A stretch of 64,000 bases of DNA, from positions 1-64,000 of the forward strand of contig CBDCKN010000010.1 of assembly GCA_965218295.1 (NCBI GenBank). The letters run 5' to 3'. This stretch comes from Longimicrobiales bacterium (lineage in GTDB: Bacteria > Gemmatimonadota > Gemmatimonadetes > Longimicrobiales > Gaopeijiaceae). Shown piece after piece: positions 1-9,294 of this stretch. The position numbers and the translations under genes are program-made. Numbering within the stretch: position 1 is the first letter of the stretch; each line of letters starts with the position of its first letter. Under the pieces are notes generated by a model, which was given only the letters and a program-made list of their open reading frames with translations, had not been told where the DNA came from and did no database searches.

Positions 1-1
1 C

Positions 2-784
2 GTGATGGTTCGTTTTCCGGGTGGACGGGTGGAGATCGGCACCGATGATCGGAGCACGGCCTACGACAACGAGAGACCCCGGCATAAAGTCGATGTGACG
101 CCGTTTCTCATCGACGCTGCTCCGGTGACCGAGGAAGCGTACGGCCGCTTCGTGGCGGCGGGCGGCTACCAGGATCGGGATCACTGGTCGGACCAGGGAT
201 GGGCTTGGCTCCAGGAGTCCGGGGTGGCGGCTCCGAAGCACTGGCGGCGAGAAGGGGAGGGATGGACGGTACTGATCATGGATCGCGTCCGGCCCCTCGA
301 TCCCCGTCTGCCCGTCTGCCATGTGTGCTTCCACGAGGCGGAGGCGTATGGCCGGTTCGCCGGGAAGCGGCTGCCCACCGAGCTCGAGTGGGAGGCGGCC
401 GCCACCTGGGATCCGGACACCGGGTCGAAGCGTTCCTACCCGTGGGGTGAGGAGCCCCCAACCCCCGAACTGGCGAACATCGACGCGCTCTCGTTCCAGA
501 CCGCACCCATAGGGAGCTACCCGCGCAACGTGTCACCCATAGGCTGCTACGGCATGATCGGCGACGTCTGGGAGTGGACGTCCTCCGACTTCCGGGCGTA
601 CCCGGGATACCAGACCTTCCCCTATCCTGAGTACTCGGAGGTGTTCTTTGGGGACGAATACAAAGTTCTGCGCGGTGGCGCGTGGGCCACCCGGGCAGGG
701 GCCATCCGGGGCACGTTCAGAAACTGGGACTATCCCATCCGCCGCCAGATCTTCAGTGGGCTCCGGTGCACCCGGGACGGCTGA
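2..784 (+). CDS. egtB: Ergothioneine biosynthesis sulfoxide synthase EgtB, C-terminal FGE-sulfatase domain (5' part outside window)
   Basis: FGE-like motifs DNERPRH, PVCHVCFHEAEAY, RLPTELEWE, GDVWEWT, FRNWDYPIRRQIFSGLRC; directly upstream of egtD. Confidence 0.85.
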   Translation: MMVRFPGGRVEIGTDDRSTAYDNERPRHKVDVTPFLIDAAPVTEEAYGRFVAAGGYQDRDHWSDQGWAWLQESGVAAPKHWRREGEGWTVLIMDRVRPLDPRLPVCHVCFHEAEAYGRFAGKRLPTELEWEAAATWDPDTGSKRSYPWGEEPPTPELANIDALSFQTAPIGSYPRNVSPIGCYGMIGDVWEWTSSDFRAYPGYQTFPYPEYSEVFFGDEYKVLRGGAWATRAGAIRGTFRNWDYPIRRQIFSGLRCTRDG

Positions 785-794
785 GGGCACGTTG

Positions 795-1757
795 GTGATC
801 GGGACTGTGGAGGGCGCTCGTGCCCGCATGTTGGAGGACGCGCAGTGGGGCCTGGCCCAGCCTCAGAAGCAGCTTCCGTCCAAGTACTTCTATGATACCC
901 GGGGCTCGGAGCTTTTCGAGGCGATCACCGAGCTTCCCGAGTATTATCTGACGCGGTCGGAGCGGCATCTGCTCCAAGATGAGGTGGCCGCCTGGGTCAC
1001 CGACATGGCTCCGGCCTCCCTCGTGGAGCTGGGCGCCGGAAGCGCTCAAAAAACACGGATCCTCCTATCGGCCATGGTGGACGACGGACGCGGACGTGCT
1101 TATGCGCCCGTTGACGTCGCGGGGGAGTTCCTCCGCGCGACCACGAGCGCGCTGAGGGAGGACTACCCCTCGTTGGACATCCGCCCCCAGGTGAAGGACA
1201 TCACCACCCCGCTGGACTTCATCGAGGACCTGCCGTCTCCTGTGCTGTTCGTGCTTCTGGGCAGCACCCTGGGAAATTTCGAGCCCGGAGCCGACGCGGA
1301 CCTCCTCAGGAACGTGCGATCATCCATGAAGGAGGCGGATCTCTTCCTGCTGGGCGCTGATCGACGACCAGGACGCGAGAAGAGCGTCGAGCTGCTCGAG
1401 GCGGCCTACAACGACGCCCAGGGCGTGACCGCTCAGTTCAACCTCAACATCCTCGCGAATCTCAACAGGGAAGTGGGGACGGACTTCGACCTGTCGGCTT
1501 TCCGGCACGAGGCGTTCTACTTGGACGAGTTTGGTCGCATCGAGATGCACCTCGTCGCTCTGAGCCCGCAGGAAGTGAGAATCCCCGGCGGGAAGCCCGT
1601 CCGGATCGCCGAAGGGGAGTCGATCCGCACGGAGCTGAGCTGCAAGTACGATCGCCCCACCGTGGACGGGTTGTTCGGCGAGGCCGGCCTCCGGGTGGAC
1701 CGGTGGTGTGACGACGAGGGCGGCCTCTACTCGATGGTGCTGGGATCCCCGGTCTGA
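795..1757 (+). CDS. egtD: L-histidine N(alpha)-methyltransferase EgtD (start uncertain: 792, 795 or 828)
   Basis: KQLPSKYFYDTRGSELFEAITELPEYYLTR, LVELGAGSAQKT, LGSTLGNF, AYNDAQGVTAQFNLN, RIEMHL, IRTELSCKY. Confidence 0.92.
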   Translation: MIGTVEGARARMLEDAQWGLAQPQKQLPSKYFYDTRGSELFEAITELPEYYLTRSERHLLQDEVAAWVTDMAPASLVELGAGSAQKTRILLSAMVDDGRGRAYAPVDVAGEFLRATTSALREDYPSLDIRPQVKDITTPLDFIEDLPSPVLFVLLGSTLGNFEPGADADLLRNVRSSMKEADLFLLGADRRPGREKSVELLEAAYNDAQGVTAQFNLNILANLNREVGTDFDLSAFRHEAFYLDEFGRIEMHLVALSPQEVRIPGGKPVRIAEGESIRTELSCKYDRPTVDGLFGEAGLRVDRWCDDEGGLYSMVLGSPV

Positions 1758-1883
1758 CTCTCGACCCGGCCCTGCGGGGGCCTGGCGGTTTCCCGGATCG
1801 CTCGACCGCCGGCCGATGTCCCCGATCTTCGAGGTCCTCCAACGTCTCCAGCATCTTGTGAGATCACAAGCATCAAGTATTTG

Positions 1884-2630
1884 TCACAGAACGAGTTGTA
1901 GGACCTGGTCTGTTTCAACCGGATTCCACGACCCGTCGTCGTCCAGGCGCTCGGAGGCCAGGAGGGTACCGCCTGGCGCCATCGGGTGACCGGGTGCGAA
2001 GTACAGCGAGTTCGTGTCCTCGACCGAGGCGGTCCGGAGGGCGGCAAGGCCCTGGCCGTCGGCCAGGACCATGGTCAGCTGGGTCTGGTGATCGGTCCGG
2101 AGGACTTCCACCACTACGGTCCGCACGTGCTCCAGTGCCTCCGCGAGCGAGGCGCCGTCCCTGAGGGCTGAGACCGCGAGCAGAAAGAGAGTCTCGCTGT
2201 CCGACGAGCCCCTGAGCTCCCCGTACAGGTCGTCGGGAAGGCCGGACCGAAGGGTGCGCATGTAGCTCGCTCGGAAGTCCTCCACGAAGCCGTTCAGGAT
2301 GAAGCTCCAGCGCCCATGGGTTAGGGGCAGGTTGCCGCTGTCGTCCACTGGGATCCCCGGCGTGGCGTTCCTGACCGCGGCGAGGATCATCGGGGACGTA
2401 CTGGACTCGAGGACGCCCCGCAGCTCTCCGTCCTGCCAGATGGGCCGGGATCCTCCAACGCGTACCGGCGTGTGATCGCGATACCAGACGACCCCGTATC
2501 CGTCGGCGTTGACGTTCCCGTGTATCAGCTCCTGCGGCAGGTAGCTCTGCTCGTAGAGGGAGTGGCTTCCACCGAAGACCAGCGTGTCGGCCTCCAGGGG
2601 AGCTCCCAGGTAAGCGGTAAGCCGGCACAC
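1884..2630 (-). CDS. egtC: EgtC-like class II glutamine amidotransferase (Ntn hydrolase)
   Basis: N-terminal MCRLTAY (Cys nucleophile), NADGYGVVWY, AAVRNATPG, SDSETLF, ASERLDDD; next to egtBD. Confidence 0.82.
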   Translation of the reverse strand: MCRLTAYLGAPLEADTLVFGGSHSLYEQSYLPQELIHGNVNADGYGVVWYRDHTPVRVGGSRPIWQDGELRGVLESSTSPMILAAVRNATPGIPVDDSGNLPLTHGRWSFILNGFVEDFRASYMRTLRSGLPDDLYGELRGSSDSETLFLLAVSALRDGASLAEALEHVRTVVVEVLRTDHQTQLTMVLADGQGLAALRTASVEDTNSLYFAPGHPMAPGGTLLASERLDDDGSWNPVETDQVLQLVL

Positions 2631-2632
2631 GG

Positions 2633-3607
2633 TCAGTGCTCGGGTGCGGCGTCGGCCAGAAGGTCCGGCAGACGCTCCAGGTCCACGTTGCCGCCGCTGA
2701 GCACGGCCACCACGGGCCCCTCGACCAACGGGATCCTTCCGGCGAGGAGAGCTGCCACTGCTGCTGCGCCCGCCGGCTCGGCCAGGAGCTTCGTGCGCGC
2801 GAGGATGAACGCCATCGCCTCCTGGATCTCGGCGTCGCTCACGAGGACCACGTCCTCCACGTGACGCCGAACGATCTCGAAGTTGAGCTCGCCGGCCATG
2901 GGCGCGCCCAGGCCGTCAGCTACCGTGTCAACGCTATCCAGGCGGACGGCCTCGCCCTTGTCCAGGCTTTGCCGCATGGCGCATGCCCCGTGGGGCTCCA
3001 CACCGAAGACCCGGGTCGAGGGGCCGAGATTCGCGACGGCCAGGGCCACGCCGGAGATGAGTCCACCGCCCCCGATGGGCACCACCACCGTGGCGGCGTC
3101 GGGAACGTCCTCCATGACCTCGAGCCCGATCGTGCCCTGGCCGGCCACGATCAGCGGGTCGTCGAAGGCGTGGAGAAAGGTGAGCCCCCGGCTTTCGGCC
3201 AGCTCCAAAGACAGGTCGAAGGCCTCGAAGACGGTTCCCTGGAGAATCACCTCCGCCCCATATCCTTCACTGGCCCGGGCCTTGGCCGGGGAGGTGTGGG
3301 CGGGCATGACGACAGTGGCGGAGACGCCGATCCGGGCCGCCGCCCAGGCGACGGCCTGCGCGTGGTTTCCGGCCGAGATCGTCACCACGCCCCGCTCCCG
3401 GGCGGGGTCGTCGAGGTGCAGGATGCGGTTCAACGCACCCCGCACCTTGAACGAGCCCGTCTTTTGGAGGTTCTCGCACTTCAGGAGCACGGGCCGGCCG
3501 ACAAGCTCCGAGAGCGTGCGGCTCGACACCGTGGGCGTCCGGTGCACCGCGGCGGAGATTCGCGCCCGGGCCGCGTTCAGGTCATCGATGTGGGGAATCG
3601 AGGTCAT
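2633..3607 (-). CDS. PLP-dependent threonine/serine dehydratase-family enzyme (fold type II, no ACT domain)
   Basis: KCENLQKTGSFKVRG (PLP Lys), SAGNHAQ, PIGGGGL, EPAGAA, LSGGNVD. Confidence 0.88.
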   Translation of the reverse strand: MTSIPHIDDLNAARARISAAVHRTPTVSSRTLSELVGRPVLLKCENLQKTGSFKVRGALNRILHLDDPARERGVVTISAGNHAQAVAWAAARIGVSATVVMPAHTSPAKARASEGYGAEVILQGTVFEAFDLSLELAESRGLTFLHAFDDPLIVAGQGTIGLEVMEDVPDAATVVVPIGGGGLISGVALAVANLGPSTRVFGVEPHGACAMRQSLDKGEAVRLDSVDTVADGLGAPMAGELNFEIVRRHVEDVVLVSDAEIQEAMAFILARTKLLAEPAGAAAVAALLAGRIPLVEGPVVAVLSGGNVDLERLPDLLADAAPEH

Positions 3608-3650
3608 GGAGGACCGTCAAGAGAAGCCTGAAGAACGGCGTAAACGAACG

Positions 3651-3679
3651 TTGCCCACCTATTGTCCCTGGTGTACCTT
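3651..3679 (+). promoter_or_regulatory. Putative sigma70 promoter for the TonB receptor
   Basis: TTGCCC (3651-3656), 17-bp spacer, TACCTT (3674-3679); the same -10 hexamer precedes the second TonB receptor. Confidence 0.5.
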
Positions 3680-3817
3680 GGCCTCGCAACCCGGTGCGGT
3701 CTGTCCCGCTCGCCCGTGAGGCGGCGCCGGGCGCCTTTACGGGGCCTCACGGTAGGGATTGTTGGGGGTCAGGAACGACCCCGGACGTCCCCTCACCCTT
3801 GATCGAGAGGTCGTTTC

Positions 3818-6664
3818 ATGCGCCTGAAGCCGACGATGTGCGCCGTGACGCTGGGGCTCCTTCTGGCTGGGACGAGCCCTGCGGCTGCCCAGACCGGAAC
3901 GCTCTCCGGAACCATCACCGACGCGGAGACGGGCATGCCCCTGGTCAATGCCGGAGTCGAGGTCCTGGGCGGCGGGGCCCCCCTGATGCTTACCAACGAC
4001 TCCGGGCGGTTCACCCTCTCCGCACCGGCCGGCACGTATGCGATCATCATCTCGAGCCTCGGGTACCGCGATTACCGCCAGGACGGTGTTTCCATCCGAG
4101 CCGGCTCCACCACCACGCTCGACGTGACCATGACGTCCCAGGCCCTGGAGCTCAACGCCATCGTGGTGTCGGCGTCTCGGAGGGCAGAGAAGAACACGGA
4201 AGCGCCCGCCACGACCCACGTGGTCAGCGAAACCGAGATCGCGGAGCGGCCGGCAGTGACTCTCGTGGATCACATGAAGGCGGTGCCGGGCGTGGACGTG
4301 ATCTCACACGGAACGCAGGCCACCAACGTCGTGATTCGGGGCTTCAACAACATCTTCTCCGGGGCCCTCCACGCCCTTACCGACAACCGGCTCGCCGGCG
4401 TTCCGTCCCTGAGGGTCAACCTCCTCCACTGGGTCCCGATCACCAATGATGACTTGGAGCGGATCGAGGTCGTTCTCGGCCCCGGCTCGGCGCTGTACGG
4501 TCCCCAGACAGCCAACGGCGTCCTCCACATGATCACCAAGTCGCCCCTCACCAGTCAGGGGACCACAGTCACGCTGGCGGCAGGGCCCAGCAAAGACGTG
4601 TTCCAGGGCTCGTTCCGAACCGCCCACAAGCTCTCCGACAACTTCGCCTTCAAGATCTCCGGGCTGGCGGTGGCGGGGAACGAGTGGCGCTTCGTGGATC
4701 CGGAGGAGCAGGCGAATCGAGCGGCCGCCTTTGCGGATCAGCCCGCGTTCATCGCCGAGCGCCTGGCACGCGGCCTGAGCCAGTCCGAGGCGGACGCCGC
4801 GCTGGTCAACGTCGGGAATCGGGACTTCGACTTCCAGCGCCAATCCTTGGACGCCAGGGCCGACTGGGCTTTCGGCGACGACGGCCGGTTGAGCCTCAAC
4901 TACGGGCTCACCAGCGCGACGGGGATCGAGCTCACCGGGTTGGGCGCGGGTCAGGTCGAGGACTGGAAGTACCAGTACTTCCAGACGCGATTGAACGTGG
5001 ACCGGCTCTTCGCCCAGGTGTACCTCAACACCAGCGATGCCGGAAACAGCTTCCTGCTACGTGACGGTGCGCCCCTGGTCGACAATTCCCGACTCTTCGT
5101 CGGGCAGATCCAGCACGGCAGCGATCTCTCCGACGGCAAGTACGACTTCACCTACGGGGTCGACTACTTCTATACGAACCCGCGGACCGAAGGGACGATC
5201 AACGGCCGGAACGAGGACATCGACAACATCACCGAGTTCGGGGCCTACATCCAGTCCAAGACCGAGCTCTCGGAGAAGCTCGACCTGGTGCTCGCTGGCC
5301 GGGTCGACACCCACTCCGAGCTCGACGACAACGTCTTCTCGCCCCGCGCGGCCCTCGTCTTCGAGCCGAAGGAGAACCACAGCATCCGCCTCACCTACAA
5401 CCGGGCCTTCTCGACGCCCAGCACGCTCAACCTGTTCCTGGACATCTCCGGTGGCGGGTTAGGTGCGCTGAGCCCGCTGGGTTATCGGGTGCGGGCCCAG
5501 GGCCCCAACCAGGGCTTCACCTTCACGAATGCGGACGGAAGCCTGGTCGGGATGCGCTCGCCCTTCAACCCGGGTGGTCCGGGACAGCTCCTTCCGGCCA
5601 ACGCGGCCACGCTCTGGCAGCTCGGGGTCGGCTTGCTCGCCGCTCAGGGAGCCATCGACGCCGCCACCGCGGCGCTCCTTGGAAGCCTGAACCCCTCCGC
5701 CACGGACATCGGTCTCAACTTCCTGGACCTGAACACCGGTGTCGTGGCACCTCTGGCCAATGGCTCGGTGGCGAACGTCGGAACGCTCAAGGAGGCCACG
5801 ACGACAACGTTCGAGCTGGGGTATCAGGGCCTCGTCAACAACAAGGTCCTCATCGCGGCGGACGTCTGGTACTCCAAGAAGACGGACTTCGTCTCTCCGC
5901 TGGTCTTCAGGACGCCGCTCCTCCTCCTCGACGGCGCCTCCATGGTCGCATTCCTGGTGCCGACGCTGACCCAGGTCATCATCGCGCAGTCGGGAGGCCT
6001 GCTCGATCAGGCCACGGCCCAGGGCCTGGCGGTCGCCCAGGCCACTCAGCTGGCGGACGGCGGGGATGGGGTGGGCGGTATTCCGGGCCTGGCCGAGATC
6101 CCCCTGGGCGTGGTCTCGTCCGACGGGGTCACATCCAGCGCGGTGAATGCGCTGGTGACGTACGTGAACGCCGGCGACGTTGACATGTACGGCGCCGACT
6201 TCGCAGTGAAGGCTTTCCTGAACGACGAGTGGACTCTGGCCGCCACGGGATCCTGGGTGAGCGATGACTACTTCGACCTCACCGAGATCGACAACGGGAT
6301 CGCTCCCATCGCTCTCAATGCGCCCGCACTCAAGGGCTCGCTCTCGCTGGCGTACCGGAACGCCAGGGCCGGCATCAACGCCGAAGTCCGTGTCCGGGCA
6401 AACGCCGGATTCCCAGCGGAGTCGGCCGGCTACACAGGCATCACCTGTGAGACCGGTACTCCCGCGAACACCATCCTCTTCGAGGAGGAGTGCGTGGACG
6501 GGTACACCCTGGTGGACGTCACGGCGGGATACAAGGTCCCGAACACGCGGGCCACGCTTCAAGTGACCGTCTCGAACCTCTTCGATGTGGGGTACCGGAG
6601 CTTCGTCGGCGTGCCCGAGATCGGACAGTTTATCATGGCCCAGGTCAAGTACGACCTGTTCTAG
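3818..6664 (+). CDS. TonB-dependent outer membrane receptor with N-terminal carboxypeptidase-regulatory-like domain
   Basis: Signal peptide, GTLSGTITDAETGMPL, plug motif IEVVLGPGSALYG, C-terminal VSNLFD...KYDLF (terminal Phe). Confidence 0.92.
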   Translation: MRLKPTMCAVTLGLLLAGTSPAAAQTGTLSGTITDAETGMPLVNAGVEVLGGGAPLMLTNDSGRFTLSAPAGTYAIIISSLGYRDYRQDGVSIRAGSTTTLDVTMTSQALELNAIVVSASRRAEKNTEAPATTHVVSETEIAERPAVTLVDHMKAVPGVDVISHGTQATNVVIRGFNNIFSGALHALTDNRLAGVPSLRVNLLHWVPITNDDLERIEVVLGPGSALYGPQTANGVLHMITKSPLTSQGTTVTLAAGPSKDVFQGSFRTAHKLSDNFAFKISGLAVAGNEWRFVDPEEQANRAAAFADQPAFIAERLARGLSQSEADAALVNVGNRDFDFQRQSLDARADWAFGDDGRLSLNYGLTSATGIELTGLGAGQVEDWKYQYFQTRLNVDRLFAQVYLNTSDAGNSFLLRDGAPLVDNSRLFVGQIQHGSDLSDGKYDFTYGVDYFYTNPRTEGTINGRNEDIDNITEFGAYIQSKTELSEKLDLVLAGRVDTHSELDDNVFSPRAALVFEPKENHSIRLTYNRAFSTPSTLNLFLDISGGGLGALSPLGYRVRAQGPNQGFTFTNADGSLVGMRSPFNPGGPGQLLPANAATLWQLGVGLLAAQGAIDAATAALLGSLNPSATDIGLNFLDLNTGVVAPLANGSVANVGTLKEATTTTFELGYQGLVNNKVLIAADVWYSKKTDFVSPLVFRTPLLLLDGASMVAFLVPTLTQVIIAQSGGLLDQATAQGLAVAQATQLADGGDGVGGIPGLAEIPLGVVSSDGVTSSAVNALVTYVNAGDVDMYGADFAVKAFLNDEWTLAATGSWVSDDYFDLTEIDNGIAPIALNAPALKGSLSLAYRNARAGINAEVRVRANAGFPAESAGYTGITCETGTPANTILFEEECVDGYTLVDVTAGYKVPNTRATLQVTVSNLFDVGYRSFVGVPEIGQFIMAQVKYDLF

Positions 6665-6676
6665 TGTGGTGTCCCA
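6662..6676. repeat. Isolated terminal inverted repeat of the MITE family, overlapping the receptor TAG stop
   Basis: TAGTGTGGTGTCCCA is the exact reverse complement of the right end of the element at 27635-27797. Confidence 0.55.
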
Positions 6677-6723
6677 ATAGGGACTCGGCCGCGGTCGGTA
6701 GACATCGGTCGGTGGCGGCTTCA

Positions 6724-6759
6724 GGTGGGGCTCGGGAAAGCGTCTCCGAGCCCCGCTTT
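6724..6759 (+). terminator. GC-rich hairpin downstream of the TonB receptor, possible terminator
   Basis: GGGGCTCGG...CCGAGCCCC followed by GCTTT (short U-tract). Confidence 0.4.
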
Positions 6760-6843
6760 GGCATCGTCGGGAGGAACTGGACGACCCCCTGTTGGTACGG
6801 ATTGCCGAACCCGCCAGGAGGTAGTGTGTGAGTGAGGTAGTGG

Positions 6844-7311
6844 GTGAATGAGGATCGGAAGGACAACCGGGTGACGGTACGCTGTCCGTTCTGCCTGAAG
6901 CTGAACGCGTTGGATCTGAGCAGGGCAGGGGACCGGCCGGCATGTGGCGGCTGTGGAAAGCCCATGCTCCTGGACCGGCCCGTGAAGGTGACCGCAGAGG
7001 ACTTCGACCGTACGGTTTTGGGCTCGATGGCGCCCGTCCTCGTCGATTTCTACGCGGATTGGTGTGGGCCGTGCAAGATGGTGGCCCCCCTGGTGGACGA
7101 GATCGCCGGGGCGCACACGGGCGAGATGCTGGTGGCCAAGGTGGATACGGATCGGGCCCAGGACATCGTCCAGCGTCTCGGCATACGAGGAGTCCCGACC
7201 TTGATCCTCTTCAAGGGAGGGGAAGAGATGGCGAGGAGCGTCGGCTTCGAGCCCGAGAAAGTCCGGGACATGGTGGAGCAAGCCATGGGAACGGTGTCGA
7301 GCAGTGAGTAG
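6844..7311 (+). CDS. trxC: Thioredoxin 2 (zinc-ribbon thioredoxin)
   Basis: N-terminal CPFC and CGGC pairs plus WCGPC active site. Confidence 0.9.
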   Translation: MNEDRKDNRVTVRCPFCLKLNALDLSRAGDRPACGGCGKPMLLDRPVKVTAEDFDRTVLGSMAPVLVDFYADWCGPCKMVAPLVDEIAGAHTGEMLVAKVDTDRAQDIVQRLGIRGVPTLILFKGGEEMARSVGFEPEKVRDMVEQAMGTVSSSE

Positions 7312-7770
7312 CCATAGCAAGCAAGAGCGGCAGGCCGTCATCCTGGACCTGGTGAAGTCCAACCGGGTCACCAGTCATGAGGCGCTGCGGGAGCTTCTGG
7401 AGGGGGAAGGGATCCAGGTCACGCAGGCCACACTCTCCCGGGACATCCGGGAGCTCCGCCTCGTCAAGGTCCGGGGAGCCCATGGCGTGTCGCATTACCG
7501 GCTGCCGGAGGCGTGGGAGTACAAGCCCCCACTCGCGCCCTACTGCCCATCCTCTTCCTCTCGGCCGAGGGGACGGAGAATCTCGTCGTCATCCGCACCT
7601 TGATGTCCGGTGCCGCCGCCGTGGCCACGGCCATCGACTGGGAGGACTGGCCTGAGGTGGTCGGAACTGTGGCCGGCGAGGACACGATCATCATGGTCTT
7701 GAGAGACAGGGAACATATGACGACCATCCGCGATCGACTGATAGAAATTGTGGGTGGGGATCTGGGGTGA
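7304..7770 (+). CDS. argR: Arginine repressor, split by a 1-bp frameshift near 7535 (probable sequencing error)
   Basis: QVTQATLSRDIRELRLVKV in ORF 7304-7603; LVVIRTLMSG...VVGTVAGEDT in ORF 7513-7770; upstream of argGH. Confidence 0.88.
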
Positions 7771-7833
7771 GGAGGCCCTCTCCGACACACCAGATCCTTA
7801 CCTAAGACCAAGTTTTCATTCAGTTTGTGGGAC

Positions 7834-7902
7834 TTGACATCGTCCCACTAGCTACCCATAGTTGGAACATAAATATTCGATCTAGTCGGATATTTGTAAA
7901 AA
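7834..7902 (+). promoter_or_regulatory. argG promoter with ARG-box-like operator
   Basis: TTGACA (7834-7839), 17 bp, CATAGT (7857-7862); AT-rich AACATAAATATTCG (7866-7879) resembles the ARG box core, with a weaker second core at 7887-7900; argR adjacent. Confidence 0.65.
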
Positions 7903-7903
7903 A

Positions 7904-7992
7904 CCGGGTACGGGAGTGGTGTTAAGACGGTCCGCCGTCACCAGCGCACTTTGGCGGGAAGTGGCTGGTTCCGCTCCCGGCCCGCGTTTTTT
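7904..7992 (+). promoter_or_regulatory. Structured argG leader ending in a U-tract (candidate attenuator/terminator)
   Basis: CGGGTACGGGAGTGG pairs with CCGCTCCCGGCCCG, inner stem ACCAGC-CACTT/AAGTG-GCTGGT, then T6. Confidence 0.45.
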
Positions 7993-8028
7993 GTCTCGAA
8001 GCGACCAAGGAGACGAAGAAGGCGTCTC

Positions 8029-9294
8029 ATGGCTCTCAAAGTCGTCCTAGGATACTCGGGAGGGTTGGACACCTCCATCATCGTGCCGTGGCTCCGAGAG
8101 AACTACGGCGCGGAGGTGATCTGTGTGGCGGCCAATGTCGGCCAACGGGGTGGTCTCGACGGACTGGAGGGAAAGGCCAAGGCTACGGGCGCCTCGGAGT
8201 TCCATGGAGAGGATCTGCGGCAAACCTTCGTCGAGGACTTCGTCTGGCCCACGCTCCGGTCCGGGGCGGTGTATGGCCGCAAGTACCTTCTCGGGACTTC
8301 CATGGCGCGGCCGATCATCGGTCGACGCATGGTGGAGATCGCTCGCGAGGTCGGGGCAGACGCCCTGGCCCACGGGTGCACCGGCAAGGGGAACGACCAG
8401 GTTCGCTTCGAGCTCACCTTCACGGCGCTCGCGCCGGACCTGAGGGTGATCGCCCCGTGGCGCGAGTGGGATCTCCACTCCCGGGAGGAGGCGTTCGAGT
8501 ACGCTCGAGTACGCCAGATTCCCATAGGCGGTGTCGACGACGGCAAGCTCTACTCCCGGGACGAGAACCTCTGGCACGTCTCCCACGAGGGCGGTCCCCT
8601 CGAGGATCCGGCCTTCGAGCCCGATGAGTCCATCTATCTCTGGACGGTGTCCCCCGAGCTGGCGCCGAGCACGCCGGAGTATGTGGAGATCTCCTTCGAA
8701 GAGGGACTGCCGGTGTCGGTCAACGGTGAGGCCATGGATTCCGTGAACCTCCTGGAGACTCTCAATCAAATCGGTTCCCGGCACGGCGTCGGACGCATCG
8801 ACCTCGTTGAGGACCGGTTGGTCGGCATGAAGTCGCGGGGCATCTACGAGACGCCCGGAGGCACCCTCCTCCACACCGCCCTCCAGGAGCTCGAGCAGCT
8901 CACGCTGGATCGGCGCGCCCTGGCCTACAAGGACCAGCTGGCGGCGCGCTACGCCGATCTCGTTTACGAGGGTTGGTGGTGGACGCCGGAGCGCGAAGCC
9001 ATCGACGCCTTCATGGATGTTCTCATGAGGCGGGTCACGGGCGTGGTTCGCCTGAAGCTCTACAAGGGCTCTGCCGGCGTGGCTTCGCGCTGGAGCTCCC
9101 AGTCGCTCTACGACGCCGGTCTCGCCTCCTTCGGCGAGGACGACACGTACGACCACGCCGACGCAGGTGGGTTCATCAAGCTCTTCGGGCTCCCTGCCCG
9201 GGTAGCTGCCGAGCGCGACGCCGGCGGGCGCGAGTCGGAAGCGGCCGTGAACGAGATCCTCAAGTCGGTGGTGCCGAAGACTCCGGTGGGGTGA
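8029..9294 (+). CDS. argG: Argininosuccinate synthase
   Basis: VVLGYSGGLDTS, YLLGTSMARP, HGCTGKGNDQVRFE, GMKSRGIYETPGG. Confidence 0.97.
   Translation: MALKVVLGYSGGLDTSIIVPWLRENYGAEVICVAANVGQRGGLDGLEGKAKATGASEFHGEDLRQTFVEDFVWPTLRSGAVYGRKYLLGTSMARPIIGRRMVEIAREVGADALAHGCTGKGNDQVRFELTFTALAPDLRVIAPWREWDLHSREEAFEYARVRQIPIGGVDDGKLYSRDENLWHVSHEGGPLEDPAFEPDESIYLWTVSPELAPSTPEYVEISFEEGLPVSVNGEAMDSVNLLETLNQIGSRHGVGRIDLVEDRLVGMKSRGIYETPGGTLLHTALQELEQLTLDRRALAYKDQLAARYADLVYEGWWWTPEREAIDAFMDVLMRRVTGVVRLKLYKGSAGVASRWSSQSLYDAGLASFGEDDTYDHADAGGFIKLFGLPARVAAERDAGGRESEAAVNEILKSVVPKTPVG

Noticed and set aside
2..784. Selenoneine synthase SenA instead of EgtB
   Set aside because: No senB or senC/selD is visible, egtC is adjacent, and the N-terminal domain is outside the window, so it cannot be supported.
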